Part shown: positions 28,487 through 32,000 of the stretch, piece after piece
How positions within the stretch are numbered: the first letter of the stretch is position 1
Layout: each line of letters opens with the position of its first letter
Source of the DNA: Promethearchaeum syntrophicum
Lineage (GTDB): Archaea > Asgardarchaeota > Lokiarchaeia > Sigyniarchaeales > Promethearchaeaceae
Assembly (NCBI RefSeq): GCF_008000775.2
Contig: NZ_CP042905.2
Coordinates: 450,001-482,000 of the forward strand
Length of the DNA: 32,000 nucleotides
Reading direction: 5' to 3'
The notes under the pieces: model-generated
Seen by the model: only the letters and a program-made list of their open reading frames with translations
Told to the model about the DNA's origin: nothing
Databases searched by the model: none
Program-made: the position numbers and the translations under genes

Positions 28487-29728
28487 ATGAAAATTCCCGG
28501 TAGTTTCTTCGAAATAGATCTTGTCATTAGCAAAGATAATTTGTTAGAGTTTAAAATAACGAAAAATAAAGAGGTAAAATATAGCGTAAACCCGATGGAT
28601 TTTTCGGAAATCGAATATGATTTGCAATCATTTCTTGAAGATAATAGTGTTTTTCTACCGAAAAACAGGTTTAAACTCGTGTTAGAAAGCTTAGAAGTCC
28701 TTTATTTGGATCTAAATAAAAAACTGCAAAAATTGAAAGATCGTGATGCAAATAGTCCAATAATTTCAGAGGAACAAGAAATCTCTTTTGCTCAACGCGT
28801 TTTTCAGGCTCAAAAAGTGTTGTTGATGGGGGGGGAGGGTAAATCATCAATTTATCAAGTAATATTTGAAGGAAAGTTGCCTCATGAAACTAATGTTATA
28901 AAACACACAAGAGGTATTGAAAAACATGAAATTTCTTTTCCATCATTCTCGAGTGCCGGCTCTTCTAAGCAGAAATTGCTTTTATGGGATTTTGGATCAA
29001 AAAAACCGACTTCTGATGATTATAAAAATGCGACTCTGCTTCTTTTTGTAATAGATGCCTATGATGTACATAATTATGAATTATATCGTGATCAACTCCA
29101 TGAAACAATTGCAATGATGAAAAAACATGGGTCTCGTCCCAAATTTTTGGGTCGTAATCAAAGCAATATCTTTTGTTTTATTCATAAAATGGATCGTTTT
29201 ACGAATGCTGATGATCAATTCAGATCTCTTGTAGAATATTTTAAACTTAATCCCAAAACGAAAGAAAAATCATATGAAATCAAATTCTTTGCCACTTCTA
29301 TTTATGATTCGTCGATCTACAGTGCATGGGCTAAGATAATTGAAATTTTAATGCCTAAATCCTCTAAATTAAATCAGTTATCTAATAAATTAAAGGATGA
29401 TTTAGGTTTGTACGCAGCAATGATTATAGAAAAAAGCACGGGATTACCTATTGCATCATCTAAAACTTTGTTGGATGATAATTCATTGGTTGGAAGCACT
29501 AATCGTATTTTACTAACAACAGAAAAAGTTTTGCCTGAATATGAATTATCTTCTTTAGATACACTTAAAATTGAAACTGCAAATGGGATTTTACAACTAC
29601 GGATTTTTGAACAAATTTACGTATACGTATTGATCCTGATTTATCCTCCCCATGAAAGGAAGATCTCAACACCTGAAGGGGAAAATATCCTTCAAGAATT
29701 TATAAGTGAAATGAGAAAAAGTATATAA
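28487..29728 (+). CDS. Rag/Gtr-like GTPase with C-terminal roadblock/longin-like domain
   Basis: 413 aa; VLLMGGEGKSSI (shortened P-loop), LLLWDFG (G3), HKMD (G4), C-terminal LGLYAAMIIEKSTGLPIASS typical of roadblock-like modules. Confidence 0.75.
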   Translation: MKIPGSFFEIDLVISKDNLLEFKITKNKEVKYSVNPMDFSEIEYDLQSFLEDNSVFLPKNRFKLVLESLEVLYLDLNKKLQKLKDRDANSPIISEEQEISFAQRVFQAQKVLLMGGEGKSSIYQVIFEGKLPHETNVIKHTRGIEKHEISFPSFSSAGSSKQKLLLWDFGSKKPTSDDYKNATLLLFVIDAYDVHNYELYRDQLHETIAMMKKHGSRPKFLGRNQSNIFCFIHKMDRFTNADDQFRSLVEYFKLNPKTKEKSYEIKFFATSIYDSSIYSAWAKIIEILMPKSSKLNQLSNKLKDDLGLYAAMIIEKSTGLPIASSKTLLDDNSLVGSTNRILLTTEKVLPEYELSSLDTLKIETANGILQLRIFEQIYVYVLILIYPPHERKISTPEGENILQEFISEMRKSI

Positions 29729-29795
29729 TCCAGAATTAAATAATTATGAAATTAATCAAAAATCTTTAATGTGAGTGTTAATGTGATTTTTTTTA

Positions 29796-32000
29796 ATGGT
29801 TAGTTCAAGTTTAGTTCAGTTTCAAGATATTTTTAGAAATGCGTTTAAATTTCAATATCATGAGATTCTATCAGGAGATTATGCACTATACAACCTTATA
29901 TATCCAAGAATGGAGGATTTTATTAACCAACATCTCCCAAATCTCATTAATTCCACGTTTGAAGAAGCAAGTCACCCATATAACAAGGAATTTTTCTTCA
30001 ATCATTTATATGAATTTTTCTCACAATTTTTCCTAAGGAATAATCATATAATATTTCAAGAATCTGATTACCTTTCTCGGAATTTAGAAAGTTCTCATAA
30101 TGCACTAATCAAAGATAAATATTATTATAATAAGTCCGCATTTATTGAGAATTTGGTTATTGAATTAGAAGATGGGTTCATACTTGAATTTAAATTGACT
30201 TTTAAAGAATCTAAAAAAGAAGGAAAAGCCAAACGAAATTTCTTTTTTATTCTTGAAAAAGACCTAAATCCCGTTAATTACAATTCTCGAGAGAAAAAAC
30301 TTACTGTATATTTCCAATATCGACAATTGCAAGAAGAAGAGGTGAAGGGTTCTAAACGTTCAATTCGAAAAACCTTGAAAAAACTCTGCTATAATTCCAT
30401 TTGCAACAGTATTAAAGATCCTACCCTTCTCGATATTCTTAAAAAAAACCACAGATCTGACGAATCTGACAATCTAACATTTTATTTGGACTTCTATTAT
30501 TTAGAAAACGATTCGGACAGGTTCTTATATAAAGATTTAGGAAAATTTATGAAATTAAATCTTAAAAATTATATTCACAAGCAAATATTACCCAATATGT
30601 TTAGTACCGTAGAAAATGGAAGAAATTTTGAAATTTTAAGGAAGAATATTAAATCTTTTGAATATGTTAGCAATGAGATAATTGATCTTTTGGCAAAAAT
30701 TGAAGAAATCAAAAAGAAATTGTTTCTCAAGAAGAAATTTGTATCGAATACTAATTATGGAATAAGCCTGAAGAAAATTCCCGTCAAATATTACAGAGAA
30801 ATCATAGAAAATGGAGATCAAATTACTCAATGGGATGAAATATTAAACTTTAATTCTTTAAACAAAGACGGGGCAAGCCTAAACTTGGAAGTTTTAAAAT
30901 CGTATCCATTTTTAGTCGTTGACACCAAAAATTTCTCTAGGGATTTCAAATTCAGGTTAATTTCAGATATTCCCGATTTACACGCTTCAATCCAAGGGAT
31001 ATTAATTAAAAGTGAGAATTTTCAAGCAATGAACTTACTTTTAAAAAACCTGAAGGACTCAATTAAGTGCGTATATATTGATCCTCCATATAATACAGGT
31101 CAAAAATTTCTCTATAATGATAGTTTTGAAAGAGAAGCATGGCTTACGATGATGAAAAATAGATTAGAATTAGCAAAAAATCTTTTAAGTAGCGATGGTA
31201 TCTTTTTTTCCAGCATAGATGATAATGAATTGGCATATTACTCCATATTGATTGAGAAAATATTCAAAAAGCGATTAAACACCATAATATGGCATAAGAA
31301 AACTCAACCTTCATTTTTATCTAAAGAATTAATTTCTGTTACGGAATATATCGTTGTGGCAAAAAAGAAAAATGAACCTGTTAAATTGATGGGGGGGTAT
31401 GGAAATTTAAAAAAATTAACTGAATTAATTAATATTGGTAATTCTGTATGTGAAAGAACCTTAAACAATGAAAATTTATTAATTAATTCAGGAAATTGGT
31501 CTGGAACATTGACAAATGGTTTATATGGAAAAGAAAAATTGAAAGTTGAACTGCTAAATGGACCTATTCATGTCAAAGATGGTATCCCCAATAAAAATCT
31601 AAAATTAAAAACTAGATTTAAATGGTCTCAAGATCGAATCAATCTTGAAATTGGAAAAGGAGGGTTAATCCATATCAAGAATATTAAATCTTTACGACCC
31701 ACTATTCAACGGTTTTATGATAAACCAATTATTAAAGCTCCAACCACTTTGCTTTCAAAAAAGATAAATTCTCTACCCACTAATACAGATGCTAATGCGG
31801 AACTAAAAAACCTGTTCAAAATTTCAACTTTCGACTATTCTAAACCATCAGAATTGATAAAATATTTAATCCGTGCAGTTTCATATTTTGAAAAGGAGGG
31901 AACAATCTTAGATTTTTTTGCTGGAACTGGAACAACCGCTCAATCGACTTTAGAACTTAATTCTTCTGATAATGGAACTCGAAAATACGTTTTAATTGAA
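29796..32000 (+). CDS. Long Type III Mod-like site-specific DNA methyltransferase (adenine-specific, beta class), truncated by window end
   Basis: Open frame with no stop from ATG 29796 (missing from ORF track because it runs off the edge). Contains LVVDTKNF, GILIKSENFQAMNLLLKNLKDSIKCVYIDPPYNTGQKFLYND, AWLTMMKNRLELAKNLLSSDGIFFSSIDDNE, and downstream EGTILDFFAGTGTTAQSTLELN...RKYVLIE. Confidence 0.92.
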   Translation, partial: MVSSSLVQFQDIFRNAFKFQYHEILSGDYALYNLIYPRMEDFINQHLPNLINSTFEEASHPYNKEFFFNHLYEFFSQFFLRNNHIIFQESDYLSRNLESSHNALIKDKYYYNKSAFIENLVIELEDGFILEFKLTFKESKKEGKAKRNFFFILEKDLNPVNYNSREKKLTVYFQYRQLQEEEVKGSKRSIRKTLKKLCYNSICNSIKDPTLLDILKKNHRSDESDNLTFYLDFYYLENDSDRFLYKDLGKFMKLNLKNYIHKQILPNMFSTVENGRNFEILRKNIKSFEYVSNEIIDLLAKIEEIKKKLFLKKKFVSNTNYGISLKKIPVKYYREIIENGDQITQWDEILNFNSLNKDGASLNLEVLKSYPFLVVDTKNFSRDFKFRLISDIPDLHASIQGILIKSENFQAMNLLLKNLKDSIKCVYIDPPYNTGQKFLYNDSFEREAWLTMMKNRLELAKNLLSSDGIFFSSIDDNELAYYSILIEKIFKKRLNTIIWHKKTQPSFLSKELISVTEYIVVAKKKNEPVKLMGGYGNLKKLTELINIGNSVCERTLNNENLLINSGNWSGTLTNGLYGKEKLKVELLNGPIHVKDGIPNKNLKLKTRFKWSQDRINLEIGKGGLIHIKNIKSLRPTIQRFYDKPIIKAPTTLLSKKINSLPTNTDANAELKNLFKISTFDYSKPSELIKYLIRAVSYFEKEGTILDFFAGTGTTAQSTLELNSSDNGTRKYVLIE

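Noticed and set aside
29839-30036. 65-aa ORF at 29839-30036
   Set aside because: Overlaps the long methyltransferase frame starting at 29796, which contains conserved motifs.

Overview
AT-rich archaeal window that looks Asgard-type (Lokiarchaeia-like by inference). The lineage signals are a close eukaryotic-actin homologue (lokiactin) at 7901-9046, a Ras/Rab-like small GTPase with a C-terminal zinc ribbon, and a Rag/Gtr-like GTPase fused to a roadblock/longin-like domain. The most interesting locus is a tight plus-strand cluster at 3972-7593: a divergent E2-like protein, a JAMM/MPN+ peptidase, a ThiF/E1-like activating enzyme, and an unassigned mostly helical protein. It lies directly upstream of the actin gene and has no recognisable ubiquitin-like modifier or RING E3. 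Other genes are mostly metabolic or housekeeping: glycerol kinase, glycerophosphodiester phosphodiesterase, SGNH hydrolase, SUKH-like protein, LPLAT-like acyltransferase, ArsB/NhaD-type transporter, NadE, TIM-barrel isomerase/endonuclease, two MBL hydrolases, HIT, enoyl-CoA hydratase, Maf, FlaR-like kinase, NUDIX and M19 dipeptidase. There is also a 1176-aa TPR/alpha-solenoid protein. Two features are absent from the ORF track: a tRNA-Pro(CGG) at 25170-25243, and an edge-truncated long Type III Mod-like DNA methyltransferase starting near 29796. All family calls are made by eye from motifs; no database search was run.
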